The notes beneath the pieces were generated by a model. It worked only from the letters and a program-made list of their open reading frames with translations, had not been told where the DNA came from and ran no database searches. A DNA stretch of 64,000 nt, taken from an uncultured Candidatus Saccharibacteria bacterium. GTDB lineage: Bacteria > Patescibacteriota > Dojkabacteria > J137. Positions 1-9,569 of this stretch are shown in pieces; within the stretch, counting starts at the first letter, position 1; every line of letters starts with the position of its first letter. A program made the translations under genes and the position numbers. The stretch is taken from the NCBI GenBank assembly GCA_964620955.1, contig CAZUKH010000001.1, positions 53,481-117,480 of the forward strand, given 5' to 3'.

Positions 1-1484
1 TCACCTCCAATAGCCGGGGTGTCATTAAAATAGCGCAAAGATCTGTTATATGCAGAAAGCGGGCTGGCCAAAGTAAAGTTTATGTCATTAGGAATAGCAG
101 GTTCGCTAGTTGGCACAGGGTTAATAGTTTTATTTTGGAAAAGAAGAGTACGCATTTGGTGCCCAGGCCTTGTTGCATGGATAGACGAATAAAAACTTGA
201 TACTCCTGAATCCCCTGTATTATTGTCGGTCATTTGCAGTGTTATGCGATAGTCATTTCCAGCACCAACAACTGTTGGCGGATTTGTTACTACTACCCCC
301 GGTTTATTTAAATCAATATTTATACTTCCTTTAAACTTATAAACTGTTGAGTCAGTTGCTGTTGCATAGGATGTAAATCTGTTTCCCATAGCGTCTTCCA
401 TTACAGCTAGTACATAAACATTCATTTTTCCGGAAGGAAAAGTATTTTCGAATCTAAGCTGAAAGTTTGCACTAGCAGTGTTACCTACTCTGGAATAAGT
501 TGTACTACCCCCAATATTAGTTACAGTTAACGAATTCCAGGCATTACTTAGCGATCCTGAAGAAGCATTACCAGTCCATGCGCCACCGTTACCAAGCATG
601 CTTACCTGCCCATTATCTAGGTTAATCCTTACTGCACCAGTACGTGCATTAGCTATTTTTTGATTTAATATTGTATCGTCAGGCACATCTCCTCTTTCTG
701 CGAAAGGCCCAGTATCGGGAATTATTCCCACCCATATTTCTCTAAAGGTCAAATTGCTGTTAGGATCTGTAAAGTTAACCCTGTATGTTATTGGATTATG
801 AACATTTGGTTCTCCAAACTGACCAATATAGCCAAAGCCGCAGGTATCCGCCGAAATGATCCCTGATTCGGTTGCATATACAACAGCTGGTGTTCTAAAC
901 CGCCATACTGCAGAGGATCGACACCTTTGCGGATTGCATTTGTTAATGTACCAGCAATAGTCAGTGTTCCAGTTTAACTCTCTAGTATAAATACCATATT
1001 GCTGTCCGCCATATTGGATCAGACTTCCTGCAGTGTAATTTCCATAAACACCAGTGCAGCCAGGTGAAATATATGTTATGAATCTATTACTGCCAGGAAT
1101 GCACGAATTTCCCCAGTCACCTTGATCACGCCACCTTAACTGTGTAATATTGTCAGTTATTGTGGAGTTATTAACAGGAGAAATTTGCAGAACTGGCAAA
1201 GATGGCTGTGCTGGAGAACAACCGGGTGGCGGTACTGCTGGAGGAGGTGTTCCAAGAGGACAAGCAGAACATCCACAAGGACCAGGATCATAACAAAAGT
1301 GTGCACCTGTAGTACAATTAATCCATGTTGTACACCGAGCTATAGTACATTCTGTATGCCAACCCGCAGGACAACATGAGCCATCACTGCACTGTGCTTG
1401 AGCAGGGCTAATAAACAGGGATAATGTTTGCAACAATATTCCAGTAATTAAAATGAATTTGAATGTTTTTATAATTTTTTGCAT
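1..1484 (-). CDS. Large secreted cysteine-rich surface protein. The N-terminus lies in the window (start ATG at 1484); the C-terminus runs past the window start.
   Basis: Minus-strand frame is open from 1484 to the window edge. The translation begins MQKIIKTFKFILITGILLQTLSLFISPAQA, a signal peptide, followed by a Cys-rich module (CSDGSCCPAGWHTECTIARCTTW...CGCSACP) and a Pro-rich linker, then a beta-rich region. It is absent from the ORF track only because it lacks a stop inside the window. Confidence 0.6.
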   Translation of the reverse strand, partial: MQKIIKTFKFILITGILLQTLSLFISPAQAQCSDGSCCPAGWHTECTIARCTTWINCTTGAHFCYDPGPCGCSACPLGTPPPAVPPPGCSPAQPSLPVLQISPVNNSTITDNITQLRWRDQGDWGNSCIPGSNRFITYISPGCTGVYGNYTAGSLIQYGGQQYGIYTRELNWNTDYCWYINKCNPQRCRSSAVWRFRTPAVVYATESGIISADTCGFGYIGQFGEPNVHNPITYRVNFTDPNSNLTFREIWVGIIPDTGPFAERGDVPDDTILNQKIANARTGAVRINLDNGQVSMLGNGGAWTGNASSGSLSNAWNSLTVTNIGGSTTYSRVGNTASANFQLRFENTFPSGKMNVYVLAVMEDAMGNRFTSYATATDSTVYKFKGSINIDLNKPGVVVTNPPTVVGAGNDYRITLQMTDNNTGDSGVSSFYSSIHATRPGHQMRTLLFQNKTINPVPTSEPAIPNDINFTLASPLSAYNRSLRYFNDTPAIGG

Positions 1485-1843
1485 TGTAAATATTTTAGCT
1501 GGTTTTTTGTTTGTTCAATAGTAACCCCAATACTTATTGTTTCACATTCTGGAGGAACAATGTACTCAAGATCCTGGCTTGAAGTTGAAATAAAACTAAA
1601 TCCTGAAAGTTGTGACTTAATATTATTATCTAATTCAAATTTAACAAATTGTGAGCCAATTTTAATATTAAATGCTTCCTGACTTCTACTTAACTTAGTT
1701 TTTGCAGGGTCTAAAGTATACTCAAATAAGCTCCCTTCAGAAAAACCTTGAAGAGTAGAAATACTAGTAAGATTTAAAACGCCTGCAATAGATGCTATTG
1801 CAGATATCACAAAAATTGAGATTGTAATTATTTGTTTAATCAT
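1469..1843 (-). CDS. Small hypothetical protein with an N-terminal signal anchor
   Basis: ORF of 124 aa with a hydrophobic N-terminus (IITISIFVISAIASIAGV). It lies on the same strand as, and adjacent to, the neighbouring secreted-protein genes. Confidence 0.45.
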   Translation of the reverse strand: MIKQIITISIFVISAIASIAGVLNLTSISTLQGFSEGSLFEYTLDPAKTKLSRSQEAFNIKIGSQFVKFELDNNIKSQLSGFSFISTSSQDLEYIVPPECETISIGVTIEQTKNQLKYLQCKKL

Positions 1844-2334
1844 AAAGATTTTAAAATTGCCTGAGATACATTAGATATGCCTGTAGATATGTCGGTCTTG
1901 ACCGTCAACTGCACTATATTACCTTCATTTATTAGTGCAAATGGTGAATTTACTGACTGACTACTAAGCTCATCAAAATATATTCCATTTTTTTCAAATT
2001 CTGTTGAAAGATATATTGTCTCCTGTAATGAATCATTATTTGCAAAGTTATTAACAGCAGTACCAACATCAGAGTTTGTAGTTGATACAGATTTAAATAC
2101 GATTTCATAACCATCAAGTACTTTATTTACCCTAATTATTTCGCCTGTAATTACTTTTACAACTTTTACCGGTTTAATATCTCTAAAGTAAGGGTTAAGC
2201 GGAAGTACGTTTGAGTAAGGTGTTGGACCTAGATTATTTATATCTTTATTCTTTAAATATGTTGTTGTTGCAAAAAAAGTTAAAGATACTAACGCTAGGA
2301 ATATGCCAAGAAAGAAAAGCCCATTTTTTTTCAT
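1840..2334 (-). CDS. Hypothetical membrane-anchored or secreted protein
   Basis: ORF of 164 aa with an N-terminal TM/signal segment (LFFLGIFLALVSLTFFA). Its stop overlaps the start of the next ORF by 4 nt, suggesting an operon. Confidence 0.5.
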   Translation of the reverse strand: MKKNGLFFLGIFLALVSLTFFATTTYLKNKDINNLGPTPYSNVLPLNPYFRDIKPVKVVKVITGEIIRVNKVLDGYEIVFKSVSTTNSDVGTAVNNFANNDSLQETIYLSTEFEKNGIYFDELSSQSVNSPFALINEGNIVQLTVKTDISTGISNVSQAILKSL

Positions 2335-2338
2335 ATTA

Positions 2339-2944
2339 TTAAATCATACCAACTAAAGGTTTAAACGTTTTTCTATGAAAATTACTCACACCAAATTTAA
2401 GCAAAGACTCCAAGTGCATTTTTGTACCATAGCCTTTATGATTTTCGAATCCATACTGAGGAAATTTTAAGCTTTTTTTTATCATTAATGCATCTCTAGC
2501 TACCTTTGCTAAAATTGAAGCTGCTGCAACACTGTAAAACTTCGAATCTGCTTTAGGTGAAATTAAAATATTACTAGCCTTTATATTTTTAAATACTCCG
2601 TCTATAACAAAAAATGTTTTACCATTATCATATTTTTCGATTGCCTTGATAACTAAAGATTCTATTGTTTGTGATATACCTAAAGTGTCAATATCGTTAA
2701 CATTACCGTAATAAACTTGAGAATCATAAATCGCAAGCTCCTTTGCAATCTTTTCCCGTTTTATTTTAGAGACTTTTTTAGAATCATTTACACCTTCTAC
2801 TATGTCATCCCCTGGAAAATAGGAAAATGCTCCCACAGCTACTGGCCCTGCCCAACAACCTCTTCCCACTTCATCAATGCCAACTACTCTTGTGAAATTA
2901 GTATGCTTTATGGTTTCAATATCTTTAGTTGGGAGTAAACTCAT
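2339..2944 (-). CDS. rnhB: Ribonuclease HII
   Basis: N-terminal VVGIDEVGRGCWAGPVAVGA matches the RNase HII catalytic motif (DEVGRG). Length of 201 aa is typical. Confidence 0.9.
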   Translation of the reverse strand: MSLLPTKDIETIKHTNFTRVVGIDEVGRGCWAGPVAVGAFSYFPGDDIVEGVNDSKKVSKIKREKIAKELAIYDSQVYYGNVNDIDTLGISQTIESLVIKAIEKYDNGKTFFVIDGVFKNIKASNILISPKADSKFYSVAAASILAKVARDALMIKKSLKFPQYGFENHKGYGTKMHLESLLKFGVSNFHRKTFKPLVGMI

Positions 2945-2980
2945 ATACTTATACTACACGGCATAAAGTGCATAGGCAAG

Positions 2981-3733
2981 TTACTTTAAACCAAGAAAAC
3001 AATCAAGCGCAAGAAAGTTTTTTGTTGCATCTGTTTTACATTCACCATATGCCCTGCGCACAAAATACTCTTTTTGAACCTTTGGAACACTGTCGAAAAT
3101 ATTGGTTGGCTTTACGCTTGTGCTGCTTAGTGACCAAAGTTGTACTTGGAGAAAATATGCTACAAGGAGTAAAAAACATACAAATAAAAATCTTTTTAAA
3201 AACATTATTGATACTATTTTTCCTTTGACCTTTGTTTTTTTTAAAATTTTAGGGGCAATAAATAACCCGAGTCCTATACCTGCTAATATCCCTGTTATAA
3301 AACGCATCAAGCTATTGCTAAAATATGCATTTGTACTTAATAGTGTTCCATTTGGAGATAACAAAAGAATTGTATTTAAGGTTTGAATACCACCGTCTAA
3401 AGCAATTGGCAACAAGAATATAATTAGCCATGCAAATTTGATTTCGGGTAAAAACTTGGTTTTATATCCTATTGAAGCAGCTAAAACGCCTCCCCATATT
3501 GCCATATCCCTAACACACCAGGCATACTGGTGATCTAGTATAAATAATGATCGCGAGTCAAACTGGTGACACATAAAACTAAAAACGAAATATATTGCTT
3601 TTGCGGGATTATGTAACCCCAAAAAGCTAAGTACTGGTGCGATGACAGGTAAAAGCACAATTAAGCAAAGAAATGAGAAGTACCAAAACTCAAGGTTTTT
3701 TAAAACTTTTAAATTTTGCATGTTAATCACCAA
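2981..3733 (-). CDS. Polytopic membrane protein, DUF2085-like
   Basis: Multiple TM segments and a CHQFDSRS motif resembling the conserved CHQ..RSF signature of the DUF2085 family. Confidence 0.5.
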   Translation of the reverse strand: MVINMQNLKVLKNLEFWYFSFLCLIVLLPVIAPVLSFLGLHNPAKAIYFVFSFMCHQFDSRSLFILDHQYAWCVRDMAIWGGVLAASIGYKTKFLPEIKFAWLIIFLLPIALDGGIQTLNTILLLSPNGTLLSTNAYFSNSLMRFITGILAGIGLGLFIAPKILKKTKVKGKIVSIMFLKRFLFVCFLLLVAYFLQVQLWSLSSTSVKPTNIFDSVPKVQKEYFVRRAYGECKTDATKNFLALDCFLGLK

Positions 3734-4478
3734 TTAGGGTTCCTATTGACGTATCAAATTGTATAGCTTTTTCAAGGTTGTCAAGATTTCTTCCATCCAT
3801 TATAAAAATACTAATGCCTTTTTGCATTGCAAGCTGTGAAGCTTTTGGATCTACAGGAAAATGGCCCCCAGGCTCAAAGTCTGTTTTGTTTCCAATTATA
3901 TTAAAATATTCCTGCCAGGTTAGTTTATTAATCTTTTTGGCATTTGGATTGTTTTTTGGGTCAGAAGTATAAACACCGTTAACATTTTTCATACTGATTA
4001 TACTCTTGGCACCGGATCTTACTGCTATTAAAACTGCATCGTAGTCGCTCGAATGGCCTGGACCAACCGCACCAACACACAAAAACTTTTCTTCAAATTC
4101 AAGCTTAGTGTCTTCTATAATAGATTTTGATATAAGTGGTTCATCAACAACATTGTCGTTAAAAACTGCTCTAAGCATAGTTGCATTTAAGTTACATGCT
4201 GCAGTACCTATCCAATGCACATCTCTTTCATCTCCACTGTTTTTTTGGACAAGTTTTTGATATGAGCGAGCAAGAGTACCTCCTCCGGTAATGATTATAA
4301 ACTGGTAGTCTGTTTGCATTAATTTGGTTTTAATATTTAATGCAGCTTGTACATCAAATAACTTGTCTAAAGATGGGGATAATATAGACCCTCCAAGTTT
4401 GATAATTAATTGTTGTTTCATTTTGTTGTTAGTAATTACTGCCTCCTGTGCCTCTATTTTGAAGCCATTGTATGCCAA
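3723..4478 (-). CDS. pyrH: Uridylate kinase, archaeal type (amino-acid kinase family). The likely true start is the internal Met at about 4421.
   Basis: IIKLGGSIL, ITGGGTLARSY, GPGHSSDYDAVLIA and NVNGVYTSDPKNNPNAKKI align closely with archaeal-type UMP kinases (VVGGGKLARKY, GTHPGHTTDAVAALLA, NVDGVYTADPKKDPTAKKI). Confidence 0.8.
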   Translation of the reverse strand: MAYNGFKIEAQEAVITNNKMKQQLIIKLGGSILSPSLDKLFDVQAALNIKTKLMQTDYQFIIITGGGTLARSYQKLVQKNSGDERDVHWIGTAACNLNATMLRAVFNDNVVDEPLISKSIIEDTKLEFEEKFLCVGAVGPGHSSDYDAVLIAVRSGAKSIISMKNVNGVYTSDPKNNPNAKKINKLTWQEYFNIIGNKTDFEPGGHFPVDPKASQLAMQKGISIFIMDGRNLDNLEKAIQFDTSIGTLIGD

Positions 4479-4695
4479 AATATATTAATGGGGTAAGGCA
4501 CAAGCCTATTATTAGAGTGTTTAGGGTTTTTCCGAAAAGCAGTCCAATCCCTTCAGATCCATAGAGAGTAATTGGGAAACCTCCAGCAAGCGGAATATTT
4601 GTAGCGGAAGTAAAAAAGAAATTAATAACAAAAGAAACTATAAATGAAATAACTGCAGAAAAAATTAAATATTGTTTTTTCGCTGGATCATCCAT
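4429..4695 (-). CDS. Small two-TM membrane protein
   Basis: ORF of 88 aa with two hydrophobic helices. It overlaps the annotated pyrH start only if the upstream Met is used. Confidence 0.4.
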   Translation of the reverse strand: MDDPAKKQYLIFSAVISFIVSFVINFFFTSATNIPLAGGFPITLYGSEGIGLLFGKTLNTLIIGLCLTPLIYFGIQWLQNRGTGGSNY

Positions 4696-4752
4696 AACTG
4701 AGTAAATTAAGTAATAATCTAAACTATTTTATAATCTTTTTATTAATTTGTC

Positions 4753-6063
4753 TTATCCAACTACAATTTCTTTAATTTTGCCCCATGTGGAAGAAACTGT
4801 GTCTTCCCAGTTGTAAGACTTTGCAATTTTGTAACCTTTTTTAATTAAAGAATCTCGTTCATTCTTAATTTTTAATAATTTGCTAATTTGCTGTACTGTT
4901 TTAGTCACATCTTTAGCATCCACTAATACTGACCCATTTTTTACAATCTCTGGTAAACAGGAAGATGAATTAACTATTGACGGAACTTTAGCAGCCATAG
5001 CCTGCAAAGGGCCGAAACCAAAGCCTTCATAATCAGAGAAATAAATATAGACTTTTGCCTGAGATAATATTGTTAACAAATCATTATCTTCAATCCGACC
5101 AGTTGCACAAATATGATCTATTATGCCAAGCTCTTTACATTTTTTTAGAAACGTTTTTCCGTTTTCGCTATTGGCGTTAATATTTGCACCAACTCCTTGG
5201 GTTAAATCAGATCCAGTAACTACAAAATGGCGAATAGAGCTTTTTGGATTTTCTTTCCAAAAACTGAATAGAGTGAGTAATAAATTACTAATACCTTTAT
5301 TTCCTTCTAAACCTGAATCATAGAAAAAATATTTATGTGAATCCAATCCAAACCTTTTCATTGTTGAATCAATTACTTCTTGGGTAGGGCTAATGTTAAA
5401 AAACTTTTCGTCTATTCCTAGATAAACTCGCTTTATTTTTGATTCATCAACCCGACCATATTTTATTAAATCTAGTTTTGAAAAGTCAGAACTGGTAAAA
5501 ACCACGTCTGCTTTTTTAACCCCTTGCCACAAGAATTGGTAAAATTGCTTTTTTAACAGATTAGACAAAGTGCCGTATTGTGAGAACTTATTTGTTACAA
5601 GTGGTATTACATCATGAACAGTAACAGCAGTTTTAACATTAGGAAACGAGTGCTTTAAGTATGGGGTAGATGGCAAACCTCTTTCAAAATGTGGGGCAAA
5701 ATATATTGAAGGTTCAAACTCAAATATTATTTCATCGTATTGCTTCCAACGAAAAATATTTCTTATTCCCGATACCTTGGGACTTCCCAAAGAAAAAAAC
5801 TCAATCTTTGGTGATATTTCATCAATACTAAATGGAGTAAAGCCTAAATCTATCAAATTTTTAGCAAGATCGTAAAAACCTATTAAACCAATTTCCCAAT
5901 CTTTTTCATCAATAACCATTGGAATGAGTCTTTTTAATACTTCTTTTGCATATCTCCCAATTCCTCTGTAACCATACTGGTCAAAAAGGCAGGTCACATC
6001 TATTAGTAGTTTTTTGTTTAATGAGTTCATTGGCTTATTCGTTTGACAAGCTGGACTAGCCAA
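4753..6063 (-). CDS. Glycosyltransferase family 4 (GT-B fold)
   Basis: C-terminal domain with the EX7E-type motif region FSDYEGFGFGPLQAMAAKVPSIVNSSSCLPEIV, typical of GT4/GT1. Confidence 0.8.
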   Translation of the reverse strand: MASPACQTNKPMNSLNKKLLIDVTCLFDQYGYRGIGRYAKEVLKRLIPMVIDEKDWEIGLIGFYDLAKNLIDLGFTPFSIDEISPKIEFFSLGSPKVSGIRNIFRWKQYDEIIFEFEPSIYFAPHFERGLPSTPYLKHSFPNVKTAVTVHDVIPLVTNKFSQYGTLSNLLKKQFYQFLWQGVKKADVVFTSSDFSKLDLIKYGRVDESKIKRVYLGIDEKFFNISPTQEVIDSTMKRFGLDSHKYFFYDSGLEGNKGISNLLLTLFSFWKENPKSSIRHFVVTGSDLTQGVGANINANSENGKTFLKKCKELGIIDHICATGRIEDNDLLTILSQAKVYIYFSDYEGFGFGPLQAMAAKVPSIVNSSSCLPEIVKNGSVLVDAKDVTKTVQQISKLLKIKNERDSLIKKGYKIAKSYNWEDTVSSTWGKIKEIVVG

Positions 6064-8300
6064 TCCAGCGATCGATCATAATTATCGACTGAGATTATAC
6101 CATCTTTGTATGTTATCACCTTATCACGATCTAAAATAAACTCAACAGAATAAAGATTGTTATTATGATAAAAATTTAAAATATATTTTTCTCCCCATGA
6201 TTTTCCCGGATGCTTTTGAATCAAAAGTCTATATGTACCTAAGCTGTTATAATTAAGATTTGCTGGAAGGGCATAGCTTACGTTTAACTCGTCTCCTGGT
6301 ATTGGATCAGAATCGCTGAATCTTCTATGATCAAATTGAATAATATTATCGCTTACATCTTTATTTAATACCTCATCATAATAGTTTTCAGGGTAGTACC
6401 AAAGGTAACCGGACCTTTCTAAACCATCAGAGCTTACGGCTGTAGTTCCTATTGGCATAAACATTCTTACCCATGCGCGGTAAGAGTATGTCGTACTTGG
6501 AGAATACTGATTGTACAGGCTATCATTATAAACTTGGGGCTGCTGCCAGGTAACCCTAACATGCCTTGTTATTGAGCCATCTTCTGCAATATTTATTGAT
6601 TGCGTTACATCATTTCTTACCCATTTATTTAACTTAAGTGAACAGTTTTGTGCTTCATTAAGGTGAAAATAATCGCCTTCATACTCCTTTGCAAACTCAC
6701 CGCTCATGCCATATTTATCAAAGTATGCTTGCATATTAGGATTTGGTGAAAAAAATGCCAAATCTCTTGCTTTTATTCCACTTACTAATGTATCAACGAG
6801 TTTTGGAAGAGTTTCAATATCTAGCTCATAAAACTTTTCTTTTGCAGCGTTGGCTATTTGCTCTATAATTTCCTTTCTATCTGCACTGTAAGACTTTGAA
6901 GGATCATCAGTATCTGCCTTAATAAAATCAAACAACGTATCTGCAGTTACTACACCAAATCCTTCAACTACTAGGGGTTGAATAATGTTTAGTAGATTTT
7001 CGGCAAACGTAAAATTCAAGTTGAGTATGTGATCATAAGCAGGAAAATTTGCATTGTCGTAAGCTGAAGCCTGATTATAGTATTGTGAAAAAGCTGCCAT
7101 AGTCCACTTTAGATCGGGGTATATGCCCACATCCTGGGCTCTTAACCAAAAACCTCCACATCCCTGCAACATGAGTGTTAATTGACCATAAATATTTCTG
7201 TACCCTACATCTATTCCTAAAGCTCCTAGGTAATTTTCCAGGTTCCATGAATCTGTAAGGGTTATATTACTCTGCAAATTTCCCTTATCAATAGTCATAC
7301 TTCCATAAGCAGTTATAATTCCACCTGAAGATCTCATTTCTGCTTCGTTTTGAAGTATAAGCATATATCTTGTTGGCGCATTTGCACCTATAAGCTCGGG
7401 CACATACTCTAAAAACTCCAAAACCTGACTAGAAATACTTGGAAACTCTTTTTCAACTTTTTTGATTTGGGCTGTTAGCTCTGCTGGATTTATTCCTGCA
7501 ACAGAAGGTATATAGTTTGGATCTAATTTAGCAAATGTGTGAATTATTTTTATAATATCCTCTTCTACTGATTTATAAAGATCTAGGTATTGGGGCAGTT
7601 CTGCCATGACTAGTGCAAATGAGCTTGTTTCATCTTCCGAGTTTTGTGTAGGCATTTCTTCCGCTAATTTGGGAGTCACAGTAAACCCAGTTTTTTCAAG
7701 GATTTGGGTTAAAGTTGGGAGCACTTTATTAACTAAATCCTGCACTTGTCCTACTGCTTCGATTAAAATGTCTATATTAGTATAGTACCCTTTGGTTAAA
7801 TTCAGCGTTTTTAGAAACTCAAAATCAGAAAGTATTGCTACAACATTATCAAGTTCCGAAGATACTTTTTTAAATCTAGCCTCAAGGTTAGAGATGTCTT
7901 TATTTCCGATTTCCGAAATTAAAGCTTCAGATTCCGCTTCAATCGTATCTAAAGAGTTTTTAACCTTAAGTGCTGGGACAACTATTCCAAGATAAGTAAT
8001 AATACCAACAACTCCAAGTATAAGCAAGATAGCTAATGAAAAAACAGCAATTCGCTTTATTCTTTTATTTTTTGCTCTTTTTGCCTTTTTTTTATTTAGA
8101 TCTTCTTGTAAATTTGCAGCTATCTTTTTCTTTTTTTTACTTTTTTTGAACCGTGGAATACGTAACTTCCCAAAAAAATTGCGTCTTTTAGAATTTGGAA
8201 TCTTATCTTTTTCATAAGGCAATTCATCTAAATCAAGAGTGTTTAGCTCAATATTGCCAGACTTATCTTCTTTAAGTGTAAGTTTTTTTTCTTTTGGCAT
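6027..8300 (-). CDS. Large single-pass membrane protein with a Lys-rich cytoplasmic N-terminus and a big extracytoplasmic domain (DUF4012-like). Paralogue of the gene at 28762..31815.
   Basis: K-rich N-terminus, TM (IAVFSLAILLILGVVGIITYLGIVV), then a domain with the motif TRYMLILQNEAEMRSSGGIITAYGSMTIDKGNL. This aligns with TNYLLVLLDNSIPTPAGGRISAYGLFSIRDGNI in the 1017-aa protein. Confidence 0.6.
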   Translation of the reverse strand: MPKEKKLTLKEDKSGNIELNTLDLDELPYEKDKIPNSKRRNFFGKLRIPRFKKSKKKKKIAANLQEDLNKKKAKRAKNKRIKRIAVFSLAILLILGVVGIITYLGIVVPALKVKNSLDTIEAESEALISEIGNKDISNLEARFKKVSSELDNVVAILSDFEFLKTLNLTKGYYTNIDILIEAVGQVQDLVNKVLPTLTQILEKTGFTVTPKLAEEMPTQNSEDETSSFALVMAELPQYLDLYKSVEEDIIKIIHTFAKLDPNYIPSVAGINPAELTAQIKKVEKEFPSISSQVLEFLEYVPELIGANAPTRYMLILQNEAEMRSSGGIITAYGSMTIDKGNLQSNITLTDSWNLENYLGALGIDVGYRNIYGQLTLMLQGCGGFWLRAQDVGIYPDLKWTMAAFSQYYNQASAYDNANFPAYDHILNLNFTFAENLLNIIQPLVVEGFGVVTADTLFDFIKADTDDPSKSYSADRKEIIEQIANAAKEKFYELDIETLPKLVDTLVSGIKARDLAFFSPNPNMQAYFDKYGMSGEFAKEYEGDYFHLNEAQNCSLKLNKWVRNDVTQSINIAEDGSITRHVRVTWQQPQVYNDSLYNQYSPSTTYSYRAWVRMFMPIGTTAVSSDGLERSGYLWYYPENYYDEVLNKDVSDNIIQFDHRRFSDSDPIPGDELNVSYALPANLNYNSLGTYRLLIQKHPGKSWGEKYILNFYHNNNLYSVEFILDRDKVITYKDGIISVDNYDRSLDWLVQLVKRISQ

Positions 8301-8387
8301 ACTTTTACAATTTGATCATGAAAGTATACCAAAAATATTAATAAGCAGCAGAAACACATTGAAGTCATATTTTGAAAATCAAAAAAG

Positions 8388-9377
8388 CTATTTGCTTTTT
8401 TTCCCCCCAGCATTTACTTCATATGCGGTGTTGACTGTTTCAAAGAAGTTAACCAGCTGGAAAGTATCATTGGCTGTTGTCATCCATTTTGCAGGATTTG
8501 GCACGTTAAACTCGGGTTGGAACCCTAATTCTTCGAGCCTCCTATCTGCTACATACATTACGTATCGATTAATAAACTCGGAATTAAGCCCTAAAATCCC
8601 ATTTGGCAAAAGCTCGCTATTGTAAGCTTTTTCCAGCTCAACAGCTTCTAGAATTATTTTTCGAATTTCGTCCGCAAAATCTGTTGTAACTATTTCAGGA
8701 TGCTCCTCAAGCACAGTAAGAATAATATTAATTCCTAGTTTTAAATGTAAGGCTTCATCTCGGGCAACCCAGTCTGTAATTGTTCCAAAGTTTCTCATTA
8801 AATTTCTTTGTCGAAAGCTTAATGCAAACATAAACCCGCTGTAAAACCATATACCTTCAGTAACAATATTTGTTTTAACAATGTTTTTTATAAAGTCCTG
8901 CTTACCTTCTTTTGTTGTTACATCAATTTTTCCTTCCCGCATATTTTCGATTGAACCTACTAAAAATGTTTCTTTGGCTTTAACAGTTTTAAGATCGTTG
9001 TGAATATTGAATGCTTTTTTTCTATCAATTTCTAAAGTGTTTATTAAATAGTCAAATGAAAGGGCATGGTTGACTTCTTCCCATTCTTGTCGCACAAGGC
9101 ACATTACAACTTCCGGTGCGTTAATAAATGGCTTCATTCCGTTGTCTATTGACTCATTAACCTCATACTCCATAGGATTAGAAAATCCTATGTAAGTAAT
9201 TACAGCATTTTTTTCTTCATCACTCATTTTTCGCCAGTTCTCAAGATCTTCTGCCAGTGGCACTTCGTGTGGGAACCAGGTGTTGGCTATTGCTTGATCC
9301 AAAAGTTCTTCTGCCCATTTATACTCAATTTTACTTAGTTGAAGTTCGTCTCCTTTTTGCTTTTTTCTTAGTAACAT
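8388..9377 (-). CDS. nrdB: Ribonucleotide reductase class I small (beta, ferritin-like) subunit
   Basis: Ferritin-like diiron protein with EEVNHALSFDYL and GIWFYSGFMFALSF motifs, located directly downstream of nrdA. Confidence 0.9.
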   Translation of the reverse strand: MLLRKKQKGDELQLSKIEYKWAEELLDQAIANTWFPHEVPLAEDLENWRKMSDEEKNAVITYIGFSNPMEYEVNESIDNGMKPFINAPEVVMCLVRQEWEEVNHALSFDYLINTLEIDRKKAFNIHNDLKTVKAKETFLVGSIENMREGKIDVTTKEGKQDFIKNIVKTNIVTEGIWFYSGFMFALSFRQRNLMRNFGTITDWVARDEALHLKLGINIILTVLEEHPEIVTTDFADEIRKIILEAVELEKAYNSELLPNGILGLNSEFINRYVMYVADRRLEELGFQPEFNVPNPAKWMTTANDTFQLVNFFETVNTAYEVNAGGKKSK

Positions 9378-9569
9378 TTTTTAAAAGTTAATAATTAATT
9401 ATGAAAAGTTCTAAACTTTTTTAAACCTTGGCACTATTTTTCCTTCATACTCTACATTTTCAACAAATTCCTCTAGAGGTCTTAAAAACTTTATACCTTT
9501 AGATTGATTATAATTTGCTTCGTAAACAACTGGTTATGCATCTCTTATCTCTAGTCTCCAGTCTCTAAA

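Noticed and set aside
1185-1682. Plus-strand ORFs 1185-1379 and 1479-1682 and similar short antisense ORFs throughout the track, such as 2717-2938, 3102-3386, 10282-10569 and 23783-23974.
   Set aside because: They lie antisense to or inside strongly supported genes, have odd Cys/Trp/Arg-rich or low-complexity composition, and have no motifs. Treated as noise.
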